A stretch of 46,855 bases of DNA from Gemmatimonadota bacterium (GTDB lineage Bacteria > Gemmatimonadota > Gemmatimonadetes > Palauibacterales > KS3-K002), in the NCBI GenBank assembly GCA_039586795.1, contig JBDHJS010000029.1, forward strand, positions 1 through 46,855, given 5' to 3'. Positions 39,678-46,855 of this stretch are shown piece by piece. The notes under the pieces are model-generated. The model searched no databases and was not told the DNA's origin. It saw only the letters and a program-made list of their open reading frames with translations. Position numbers and translations under genes: made by a program. The number at the start of each line of letters is the position of its first letter. Position 1 is the first letter of the stretch.

Positions 39678-41749
39678 GGCACGACCTTGATATCGACGCG
39701 CTGCAGCAGCTCTTTCAGTCGCTCGCGTGCGAGCGCTGGGTCGACCCGGCCCACGAAACGTCTCATGATCTCGCCCATGCCCCATCGCAGCACCGACTCC
39801 GCCGGTTTCCCAGCCAACTGCGCGGCGTTCGCCGACACTTCGTCCAGCGCGCGATCGAGCTGTTGCGCATCGTCGTTCTGCCGCTCGTAGCGGGCCAGCA
39901 GCTTTGCCACCGGCGTGCCATCTTCCTCGATGATATCGTCCAGCGCACGTTCCATGGCCTCGAGGCGAATCGCTCCATCTTCCACACGGCGGACCAGCAT
40001 GGATATGCGTTCTGTATCCGGCAGGCTATCGACGGTGTTCTTGCGCAGATGATAAGGAATCCGCTTCTCGAACGCTGCCGCGACGCGACGCGCCGTAGCG
40101 CCGCGTGCCGGCCGCAAGTCGTCAAACAACTCTGCCCAGGGCGCGGAGGCGAGGCGGCGGGCCGCCGCTTCAGTTAGGCCCATTTCCATGTAACGCGCTT
40201 CCCGGGCCCACGGTGAGTCGGGGAGTTCATTCCCCGTCGCGATGATCAACTCATCCGAGATCGGCAGCGGCGGCGTGTCGGTATCCGGATACATCCGGTC
40301 CGGGCCTGGCAGGATACGTTCGAAACCGTTCGTACCATCCGCGAACGCCTGGCGTGTCTCAGAGGGTACTCCTATCAGGGCATCCGCCGCGCGAATGAAC
40401 AGCTCTCGCACAGCCGTGGCCGCATCGCGCTCCGGCATCCAAACGACGACCATCGCATCTCCGCTGTCGGCTCCTAGCTGCTTCTGCAACGCTCGCCACT
40501 GCCGCTGATTGAGGCCATAATCCTCGAGGTCGGAGTGGATCATGAATGGCCTGTGAACCGGGCAGGCGATCACTCTGACTCGATCCGCGAATTCGCGCGC
40601 CATCGTGACACCGGGCTGAGTTCGATGCGCAAGCAACCCCGCGAAGCCCGGTAGCCGAACCGCAATCACCTTGTCGCCGCGATCCAGTGCGTCATGGATC
40701 GGCGCATAGTCAGAAGGACCTAGTTTCGCACCGGCATCGACGACATGAGGCGACGCCTCCCACGGTAGCTCGGCGTCGGGACAAGAAAGCATTTCCTGCG
40801 TGACGCCGCGTCGTTGTAGTTCGGCCCGCACACGCAGAAGATTCAGCTGTCGGTACGCCTCGATGTGCACCAAGCGGGGCAGTCGCCGGTGGTTATCCAC
40901 TCCCTTGAGCTCGACACGCCGGCCGCCCGCGACTGACACGTTCACGTCCTGGCGCGCCGCACCAGGACCACGGCGTACCTTCCCCGTCACGTGCGCGACA
41001 CGAGCCAGCAGTCGTCCGGCGGCCTGCACCTCGAGCGGAGTGAGCAGCTCGGGTTCGGTCACCGCCTCGGTCAACGGCATGCCAAGTCGATCAGTCCGGA
41101 ACGTGATCGAGTGCCCGATATCGGATATCTCCCGGCAGGAATCCTCTTCGAGCGAGAGTTGCCGAATGCTGAGCTCGCGATTCACGCCCAGGTCAGGTTC
41201 GCGGAACGGAATCGAGCCGGTCAAACCCACCATGGCCGTGCGTTGAAAACCGGTGGGGATCGAGCCGTCCAGGTACTGCTTGCGCATCACGTGGAGCTCA
41301 GACACAAGATTGAGATTCAACAGCTGGGCGATCTCGATAGCAACCTGCACCGCCTCGGGGTCGATTACGAACGGCGGCGTGTCGTCCATCTCGTAGGTGC
41401 AGACCGATCCACGTTCCAGCTGGTAAATAATTTCCTTGTTGGTCTTGAACTCCATCAGCGCGGTCCCGTCATACTCTCCCATCTCGCTGAGGGTGGGACG
41501 CATGTGGCGCAAGACCTCAGCATCGTAGCTGTTCACGTAGCGACCGGCCGGGCAGCGACAGAAGAGCTTGGTACGCGTAATCAGCTGCTGATGGACTTCG
41601 AGCCCAGACATGAAACCCAGGACCTGGTAATCCGCAGCCGACAGCTCGCCGAATTCCTTATTGGGAAAGTCCAGTACGGGATCGCGCCGGGGGTTGTGGT
41701 CAGCAGGCGGGCGAATCCCGAATTGGGCAGGTGCTGGATCTTCGCTCAT
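39674..41749 (-). CDS. gatE: Glu-tRNA(Gln) amidotransferase subunit E
   Basis: GLEVHQQL..KLFCRCP, RPTLSEMGEYD, MRKQYLDGSIPTGFQRT, LEEDSCR, DRLGMPLTE, KVRRGPGAARQDVNVS, RVELKGV, an AspRS-like (GAD) insertion, GVPSETR..LPGPDRMYPDTD and a Yqey-like tail MGEIM..GRVD. 691 aa from ATG 41749. Confidence 0.95.
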   Translation of the reverse strand: MSEDPAPAQFGIRPPADHNPRRDPVLDFPNKEFGELSAADYQVLGFMSGLEVHQQLITRTKLFCRCPAGRYVNSYDAEVLRHMRPTLSEMGEYDGTALMEFKTNKEIIYQLERGSVCTYEMDDTPPFVIDPEAVQVAIEIAQLLNLNLVSELHVMRKQYLDGSIPTGFQRTAMVGLTGSIPFREPDLGVNRELSIRQLSLEEDSCREISDIGHSITFRTDRLGMPLTEAVTEPELLTPLEVQAAGRLLARVAHVTGKVRRGPGAARQDVNVSVAGGRRVELKGVDNHRRLPRLVHIEAYRQLNLLRVRAELQRRGVTQEMLSCPDAELPWEASPHVVDAGAKLGPSDYAPIHDALDRGDKVIAVRLPGFAGLLAHRTQPGVTMAREFADRVRVIACPVHRPFMIHSDLEDYGLNQRQWRALQKQLGADSGDAMVVVWMPERDAATAVRELFIRAADALIGVPSETRQAFADGTNGFERILPGPDRMYPDTDTPPLPISDELIIATGNELPDSPWAREARYMEMGLTEAAARRLASAPWAELFDDLRPARGATARRVAAAFEKRIPYHLRKNTVDSLPDTERISMLVRRVEDGAIRLEAMERALDDIIEEDGTPVAKLLARYERQNDDAQQLDRALDEVSANAAQLAGKPAESVLRWGMGEIMRRFVGRVDPALARERLKELLQRVDIKVVP

Positions 41750-41857
41750 TCGATTGACGCCTCTTTGGCAGACTGTATATATCACTTTGAATCGCTGCGG
41801 GGCCGCCGCTAGGGGCGTGAAACTTACAGCACTTTCAACGCTTCGGGAACATGCGCA

Positions 41858-43030
41858 ATGAGTCATACTTCTAGAAGCTTTCAATTCACGGTTTCCCATG
41901 TCCTACTACCGGTTCTGCTCGCCGTCCTGTGGAGCCAACCCGTCCCAAAAGAACTCAGCCACGCTTCGCCTGCTGGCAACGACGCGATTGTCGCTGACTC
42001 GCTGAACGATGGCCCGCACGTCTACTGGCAGGGTCCGTCCCAAGCCATCGTCTTCTACCTGTGCGACGGGTCCGTGGTCGAGAAGCGCTTCGAGGCGCGC
42101 GACACTTTGCGCTTCAACGGCTTCTGCGGTGACGAGACATGGGAGTACGAGATCCCGGCACGGCCGCCGAGGCTCGAGCCGTATCTCTATGATGATGTGT
42201 CGAAGATCATCGCGATCAGCGACATCCACGGGGAATACGACCCATTCGTTGACTTCCTGAAAGTCGCGGGGGTGGTCGATAGCGAGCTCAACTGGACGTG
42301 GGGTGACGGGCACCTGGTGATCGACGGCGATGTCTTCGATCGCGGCGACAAAGTCACCGAGTGCCTGTGGCTCATCTATCGCCTGGAACAGGAGGCGCGT
42401 CGAGCGGGTGGGCGCGTGCACTTCTTGCTCGGCAATCACGAGACGATGGTGGTGCGCGGTGACCTGCGCTACGTGAACAAGAAGTACGCGGACGGCATCG
42501 TGCGACGGGCGCGGATCAACTACGCCGACCTGTACGGCCCGGATATGGAGCTGGGTCGCTGGCTGCGCACGCGGAACACCGTCATCAAACTCAACGACGT
42601 GTTGTTCGTGCACGGCGGCATCCCGCCGCGCTTGGCGGAGCTGGGCGTCGACCTGGCCGATGTGAATAAGCTGGCCGGGGAGACCCTGGACCTACGGGAA
42701 TACGAGATCGCCTTCAACGATCATATCAAGAAGTACTACGGACACAGCGACGAAGGTCCGTTCTGGTATAGGGGCTACCACCACGCCGAGGAAGGACGCT
42801 ACCCGCAAGCGACGACGGCGGACGTGGATGCCATTCTGGGCGAGTATGGAGCTACTGCAATCGTGGTCGGCCACTCCGGCGTCGACCAGGTGATCAGCCT
42901 GTACGATGGTAGGATCTACGCTATCGACATACCTCTCCCAGCGCTCGGCTCCTTTCAAGGCCTCTTATGGCAAGACGGCCGTTTTCATCGGGTGACAGGG
43001 GAGGGCTTGCGGGAGCCTTTGTGGGAATAG
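41858..43030 (+). CDS. Secreted calcineurin-like metallophosphoesterase (Shewanella-like phosphatase group)
   Basis: Hydrophobic N-terminus; SDIHG, GDVFDRG, LGNHE, FVHGG, GPFWYRGY, VGHS and YAID. Confidence 0.88.
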   Translation: MSHTSRSFQFTVSHVLLPVLLAVLWSQPVPKELSHASPAGNDAIVADSLNDGPHVYWQGPSQAIVFYLCDGSVVEKRFEARDTLRFNGFCGDETWEYEIPARPPRLEPYLYDDVSKIIAISDIHGEYDPFVDFLKVAGVVDSELNWTWGDGHLVIDGDVFDRGDKVTECLWLIYRLEQEARRAGGRVHFLLGNHETMVVRGDLRYVNKKYADGIVRRARINYADLYGPDMELGRWLRTRNTVIKLNDVLFVHGGIPPRLAELGVDLADVNKLAGETLDLREYEIAFNDHIKKYYGHSDEGPFWYRGYHHAEEGRYPQATTADVDAILGEYGATAIVVGHSGVDQVISLYDGRIYAIDIPLPALGSFQGLLWQDGRFHRVTGEGLREPLWE

Positions 43031-43042
43031 GGCACCACAGGA

Positions 43043-44689
43043 TCACGGAGGCGGCTGCGCCGAGTACTGGATAACTGGGATCTCCCTTCTCGGGAAAACG
43101 AAACCCGTGCCGAGGGTAACCACCCACCGGTCACCCGTTACGTCATCGCCAAACCGATAGCCAACGTCGAGTCGCCCGGTGCGCGGCACGGTGCTGAGCG
43201 CCGAACCCAGCCTCAACCCGAGGCCTATGTTCCCTCCCCCGCGACGCTCCTGCTCCGGATACCATGCGCCGCCGTAGTCGAAGAAGGCCGCGAACCCGAC
43301 ACCGACCAGGTTGAACAACGCGTCCCAGACGAACCACCGATGCTCGGCTGAGATCCACAGCTCGCGAGTCCCGACGAACGAGTGGGCCTCCCAGCTCCGG
43401 GGCGGCGCGTTGAAACCCAATGTGAATTCTTCACCTGGCCGCACGTTGTCCAGTGCGCCAACCTGGATTTGCGCCATGATCGCATGCCGCTGAGCGGGCT
43501 TCCAGCCGAATGCGAAGTTCCCGACCACACGCCCCGAGTCGAGTCCCGCGTCAGTGAGCACTCCACTGAGGTCCAAGGCACCCCAGACGAATGCGGATCC
43601 CACATTTACCGTGGTCGATGCGCTGATGCCAGGCCCCACTCCGGTCCGTTCGTACCCCCATACCTCCGGCGCCAGGTTGACCGTGAGCCGGATCGTCGTG
43701 CTCAGGTCGAGGTCTTCCGATCCGAATCCGTTGAAGCGACGGATCGTAATGAAGTCGGCCCGGCTGTATTCTCCGTACACACCGATGACCGCGGACAGGC
43801 TGTCCGGCAACAGCATGGCCGTGTCCGCCTCCAGCTGATACGCCTCGTCGCGTACGCCGGCGAGGCCTACCCAACGAAGGTACTTGTTGGTCTGCGCGAT
43901 CGTAGCGGCACCACCGACCAGGTTGTGCTGCATCGCCTCGCGATGGTAGCTGACCGTGTCGAGGACGCCGTCCTCGGTGCGGAAGAACTGCAGAATGCGC
44001 TGATCGGCGACCATGCCGTCGTACTGAAGCGAGGCACGCCAATTGTAGGCACGAAATGGGATTCCAGTGATCCAGTTGCCGCTCTTTCCATCCGACATCC
44101 CGGCGTAGTTGCCAGCGGCATCGATCTCAGAACCGAGAAGCCTTTGGAAGTTGGCCGAGAGATTTAGGCCGTCGCGATCGACCTGTTTGTCGTACGCGAT
44201 GTAAACCTGGTTGCCGGTGCCCAGCAGATTGATCTCATTGATGCCGATGGTGCCTGTCCACGTACCGTCCGACTGCACCTGGAACTTGAACTTCGGCTTC
44301 GTGCTCCAACCATCCTGCGTGTGAACGACGACAGCGAACCTGTCATCGATGCGCGTCGTGTCGAAGTCGATCTCTCTGAAAATCGCACGCTGCCGCAGAA
44401 TGCGCTCGCTCTCAACGACCTTGGCCGAATCGAAAGGCTCGCCTTGCTTGAACAGCAGGTTATTGCGGACCCACCAGTCCTGCGTCGTGACGTGCAGGCT
44501 GTTCATGATGCGGAAGATGCCGCTGGTGGCCGCCTGCTCGGCGTTGAACACGTTGTCGCGGATGATGACGATCGTGTCGACGATGAGCGGCTGGGGATCG
44601 GTCGCCTGGGCATGCAGGTTGGCGGCTCCGCCCGATGCGGCCGACAGTAGGAATGCTAGCGCTAGTCTGGAGGTTCGAATGGTGTTCAA
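43043..44689 (-). CDS. Outer-membrane protein, POTRA + beta-barrel (BamA/TamA-like)
   Basis: TTG start and signal peptide ..LHAQ; POTRA-like MNSLHVTT..LLFKQGEPFD..ESERILR, EINLLGTG, and barrel end AAFFDYGGAW..GLGLRLG..RLDVGY. Confidence 0.8.
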   Translation of the reverse strand: MNTIRTSRLALAFLLSAASGGAANLHAQATDPQPLIVDTIVIIRDNVFNAEQAATSGIFRIMNSLHVTTQDWWVRNNLLFKQGEPFDSAKVVESERILRQRAIFREIDFDTTRIDDRFAVVVHTQDGWSTKPKFKFQVQSDGTWTGTIGINEINLLGTGNQVYIAYDKQVDRDGLNLSANFQRLLGSEIDAAGNYAGMSDGKSGNWITGIPFRAYNWRASLQYDGMVADQRILQFFRTEDGVLDTVSYHREAMQHNLVGGAATIAQTNKYLRWVGLAGVRDEAYQLEADTAMLLPDSLSAVIGVYGEYSRADFITIRRFNGFGSEDLDLSTTIRLTVNLAPEVWGYERTGVGPGISASTTVNVGSAFVWGALDLSGVLTDAGLDSGRVVGNFAFGWKPAQRHAIMAQIQVGALDNVRPGEEFTLGFNAPPRSWEAHSFVGTRELWISAEHRWFVWDALFNLVGVGFAAFFDYGGAWYPEQERRGGGNIGLGLRLGSALSTVPRTGRLDVGYRFGDDVTGDRWVVTLGTGFVFPRREIPVIQYSAQPPP

Positions 44690-44782
44690 TCCATCGATTG
44701 TCTTAGTCTGTCGGTTGAAGCTGGTGGCAATATGCCGGGGTTAGACTGGCTGTGTCCAGCGACGGGGCTCCGGGGGCTTTTG

Positions 44783-44852
44783 CGAGTACGAGTAGGACAC
44801 AGAGTACGATAAGCAGTAGGAGCACGAGTACGAGCCCTCCTACTCGTACTCG
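44783..44852. repeat. 70-bp 6-bp-period element with perfect 15-bp terminal inverted repeats
   Basis: CGAGTACGAGTAGGA (44783-44797) and TCCTACTCGTACTCG (44838-44852) are exact reverse complements. From 44784 the hexamers read GAGTAC GAGTAG GACACA GAGTAC GATAAG CAGTAG GAGCAC GAGTAC. Confidence 0.85.
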
Positions 44853-44870
44853 ACATGTCCGTTAGGTCCT

Positions 44871-46448
44871 CTAATCCCACCAGCCATGCCAAAACCACCC
44901 CTTCCGCCGCGGATCGTAAAACACCCACAACAACTCGCCAGCTTCAGTCCCAACCCGGTAATACTCACGACGGAACTCATCCTCCCACCAATCCCCGGAG
45001 AGCCGCTCGGGTCCCTGGGATGCGCGTATGTTGCGCCAACCACTGTCCGTTAGAATCGCCCCCAGTCGACCATTCTCGATCCGGACATCCACCCCTCGCG
45101 GTTCCGGCCAAAGACGAAGCACGAGGTTGGGCGTAACGGGATGACCGTTACCATTGCCTTGACCGTTACCACCGAACTTTGCGCGACGTGCTAGTTCCTT
45201 CATCAGATCGACCGGCTCCCAACGACCCTGACGCTCCGGTCGATGACTGTCGAACGGGATAGGCGACACCACCGAACCGGGGCCCCAACGCCCCTGCAAA
45301 CGCGTGAGCGCGGTGGCCAACGCATCGGGGTCTGGGCGTGCGGCCTCGAACAGATCGATCTGTTCCGCAACAGCGGGGACCGCTCGCTCGACCTCCACTC
45401 GAATCCCCAGCGCTCGGCCGGGGAGGCGCAGATCGTCAAGCTCGTTACGGCAAAGCGAGAGGAGCATCGCCACGCGCCGGGTGGGTCGCGCCGGTCGCAC
45501 TCGTTTCTCGACCGATCCATCCTCGGTTTCCAACGTCAGACGCAATCCGCGCGCGCACAGCCCCTCGACGGCGAGGGCGTCCGACAGATGATCGAGACAG
45601 GACTTGAGGAGAAAGAGGAGCGGCTCCAATCGTTCGGTGGGGCCGGGCAACTCCACCTCGACGCTCCATTCGCCGGGCGGGCGACTGGGGAACGGTCCTT
45701 CACGATTGTCATTCAACCCGCGAGCCCAACGGTGAGCCCGTACGCCTTCACGGCCCAACCGCGATTCGATTTCGCCCGGTTGTAGTCGCGCCAGCTCGCC
45801 CACCGTCTCCAACCCCAACGCGTCCAGCAATTCCCGCAGCTCGTCGGAGATGGGGAGGACGCGGAGCGGCAACTTCGCCAGGAAGTCGGCATCGCTGCCC
45901 GTCGGAACCTGGTGGACCGCACACCCTTCCAATCGGGCCGCCGCCCGGGCGGCGGCCGGCGTATCCGCGATGCCGACACGCGCTTCGGGGTAGCCCGCCG
46001 CCAACGCCGCGGAGCGGGCGGCTTCGATGAAGGCTTCTTCCCCGCCCCGGCGGTCCCAACCGTCGGCGTCGAGCCAGAAGAGGCCCAGGCCGGCCCGGCT
46101 CACTACGGGTGATGCGGCGAGGAGAGCGGCGGCCAGTTCGGTTTGGAGCTCATCGTAGAGGGCAGGCGTCCAGGACCACTCAAGGATCTCGGGGTGCAGA
46201 CCCCGAGCGTCGGCGGCGCGCATGCCGGGGGTGATTCCGGCCTTTCGTGCAGCTTTTGAGGCCGCAGCTACTTCCGACCGAGAGCCTTCGCCTCGGGTGA
46301 CTATGTTGGGAATTGTCGAAGCAGATTCGACGATTCGTGGATTCGGGTATCCGGGGAGTTGGGAGGGGGCAGAGCCCTGGGCGCGCAGGTGGGCGACGAC
46401 GGGGAAGTCGGGGATGCGCAGGCAGGCGATGCGTCGGGTTCTGGACAT
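44871..46448 (-). CDS. imuB: ImuB, catalytically inactive Y-family DNA polymerase accessory protein
   Basis: ARKAGITPGMRAADA, VGIADT, FLAKLPL..L, LGLETVGELA, beta-clamp-like motif QIDLF, RL..RWG..V, DSHRPE and the ImuB C-terminus GPERLSGDWW..REYYRV..LWVF..WFWHGWWD. No catalytic D-D-E motif seen. Confidence 0.9.
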   Translation of the reverse strand: MSRTRRIACLRIPDFPVVAHLRAQGSAPSQLPGYPNPRIVESASTIPNIVTRGEGSRSEVAAASKAARKAGITPGMRAADARGLHPEILEWSWTPALYDELQTELAAALLAASPVVSRAGLGLFWLDADGWDRRGGEEAFIEAARSAALAAGYPEARVGIADTPAAARAAARLEGCAVHQVPTGSDADFLAKLPLRVLPISDELRELLDALGLETVGELARLQPGEIESRLGREGVRAHRWARGLNDNREGPFPSRPPGEWSVEVELPGPTERLEPLLFLLKSCLDHLSDALAVEGLCARGLRLTLETEDGSVEKRVRPARPTRRVAMLLSLCRNELDDLRLPGRALGIRVEVERAVPAVAEQIDLFEAARPDPDALATALTRLQGRWGPGSVVSPIPFDSHRPERQGRWEPVDLMKELARRAKFGGNGQGNGNGHPVTPNLVLRLWPEPRGVDVRIENGRLGAILTDSGWRNIRASQGPERLSGDWWEDEFRREYYRVGTEAGELLWVFYDPRRKGWFWHGWWD

Positions 46449-46481
46449 GAGCCGGGTTACGCCATTGGAGCCAACCGATCT

Positions 46482-46511
46482 GGGGCGCCGAGAGGCTAGC
46501 TCCGGCGCCCC
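46482..46511. terminator. GC-rich hairpin between the glutamate-synthase-like gene and imuB
   Basis: GGGGCGCCG-N12-CGGCGCCCC. No U-tract on the minus strand, so its function is uncertain. Confidence 0.4.
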
Positions 46512-46537
46512 GTTTCACTGCTGAAGCGTCAACTGGG

Positions 46538-46557
46538 GAACCCGAATATAACCCGAA
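46538..46557 (-). promoter_or_regulatory. Candidate LexA/SOS-type direct-repeat operator upstream of imuB
   Basis: AACCCGAA-TAT-AACCCGAA (11-bp period), containing GAAC-N7-TAAC. Confidence 0.35.
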
Positions 46558-46593
46558 AGTCTCCAGCACGCAAGCTTCGGTTCGACCCGCCCG

Positions 46594-46855
46594 CTACAAC
46601 GGAGTGGCTCCGCCATAGGCGATCCCGGTCAGATAGGCCATGTCCCGCTTCCACGTCGTCAGGTCATCCAGGCGGAAGCCGCGCAGGTGGTCGTGGCCGC
46701 AGGCTCGGGCCAGGACCTTCATCAGCTCGACCGTGGCCTCGAGGTAGTTACAGAGCCGCTGGGCCGACGACTCGATGACCAGCCGGGAACGGAGCCCCGG
46801 CTTTTGGGTGGCGACGCCGACGGGGCAGTTGTTCGTGTTGCAGGCGCGCATGGCG
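46594..46855 (-). CDS. C-terminus of an FMN-binding glutamate synthase family protein; 5' part is outside the window
   Basis: MRACNTNNCPVGVATQ ([3Fe-4S] motif), RL.NY and LARACGH..L. Confidence 0.88.
   Translation of the reverse strand, partial: AMRACNTNNCPVGVATQKPGLRSRLVIESSAQRLCNYLEATVELMKVLARACGHDHLRGFRLDDLTTWKRDMAYLTGIAYGGATPL

Noticed and set aside
38283..41749. Plain L-asparaginase plus GatB
   Set aside because: The GatD-specific N-domain, SRLDYRTG and QRSSDRPSSD motifs, the GatE-type DGS..GFQRT motif, the insertion domain, the length and the ATGA coupling all indicate GatDE.
31116..41899. Long N-terminal extensions in the ORF track (starts 31116, 36831, 39785, 41899; also 5062, 6893, 9126, 29617, 30417)
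   Set aside because: RBS positions, ATGA overlaps, signal peptides or overlap with neighbouring genes favour the downstream starts reported.
6855..44852. The three short repeat arrays (6855, 14630, 44783) as CRISPR arrays
   Set aside because: Units are 6-12 bp and contiguous, with no spacers, and no cas genes are present.
46180..46569. 129-aa minus-strand ORF as imuA or its remnant
   Set aside because: No RecA/SulA-like motif, mostly overlaps imuB out of frame, and has low-complexity Arg/Pro composition.
1..46855. Archaeal origin of the whole window
   Set aside because: TolC/RND, BamA-like OMPs, PlsC, a GGDEF domain and a sigma-54 box are bacterial diderm features.

Overview
A GC-rich chromosomal window from a diderm bacterium. 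It encodes TolC/RND, BamA-like, lipoprotein, Tricorn and VPS10-type proteins; the gene repertoire suggests Gemmatimonadota, which is an inference. There are about 30 protein genes and no rRNA, tRNA, CRISPR array, integrase or transposase. Ordinary content: VPS10/BNR hydrolase, TolB-like/TPR membrane protein, DUF5666-like lipoprotein, rhodanese, cupin, DMT transporter, PlsC, TPR lipoprotein, Tricorn protease, pckA, an RND efflux operon, arcB-arcC, a K+ channel, DUF4136, EEP phosphatase, metallophosphoesterase and a POTRA/beta-barrel OMP. Stand-outs: (1) a translationally coupled gatE-gatD-glnA operon, i.e. the Glu-tRNA(Gln) amidotransferase GatDE, classically described as archaea-specific, sitting in a bacterium with its own glutamine synthetase; (2) a ~1415-aa protein joining a GGDEF domain, a STAND-type NTPase, a duplicated domain and HEAT repeats, i.e. 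an NLR-like diguanylate cyclase; (3) three intergenic 6-bp-period arrays, one with perfect 15-bp terminal inverted repeats, and short strand-specific cytosine-depleted tracts next to two of them; (4) a deletion scar fusing two gene halves out of frame at ~21167; (5) an orphan imuB with a candidate SOS box; (6) a YyaL/SPATA20-aldo-keto reductase fusion. All family calls come from motif recognition by eye; no searches were run.
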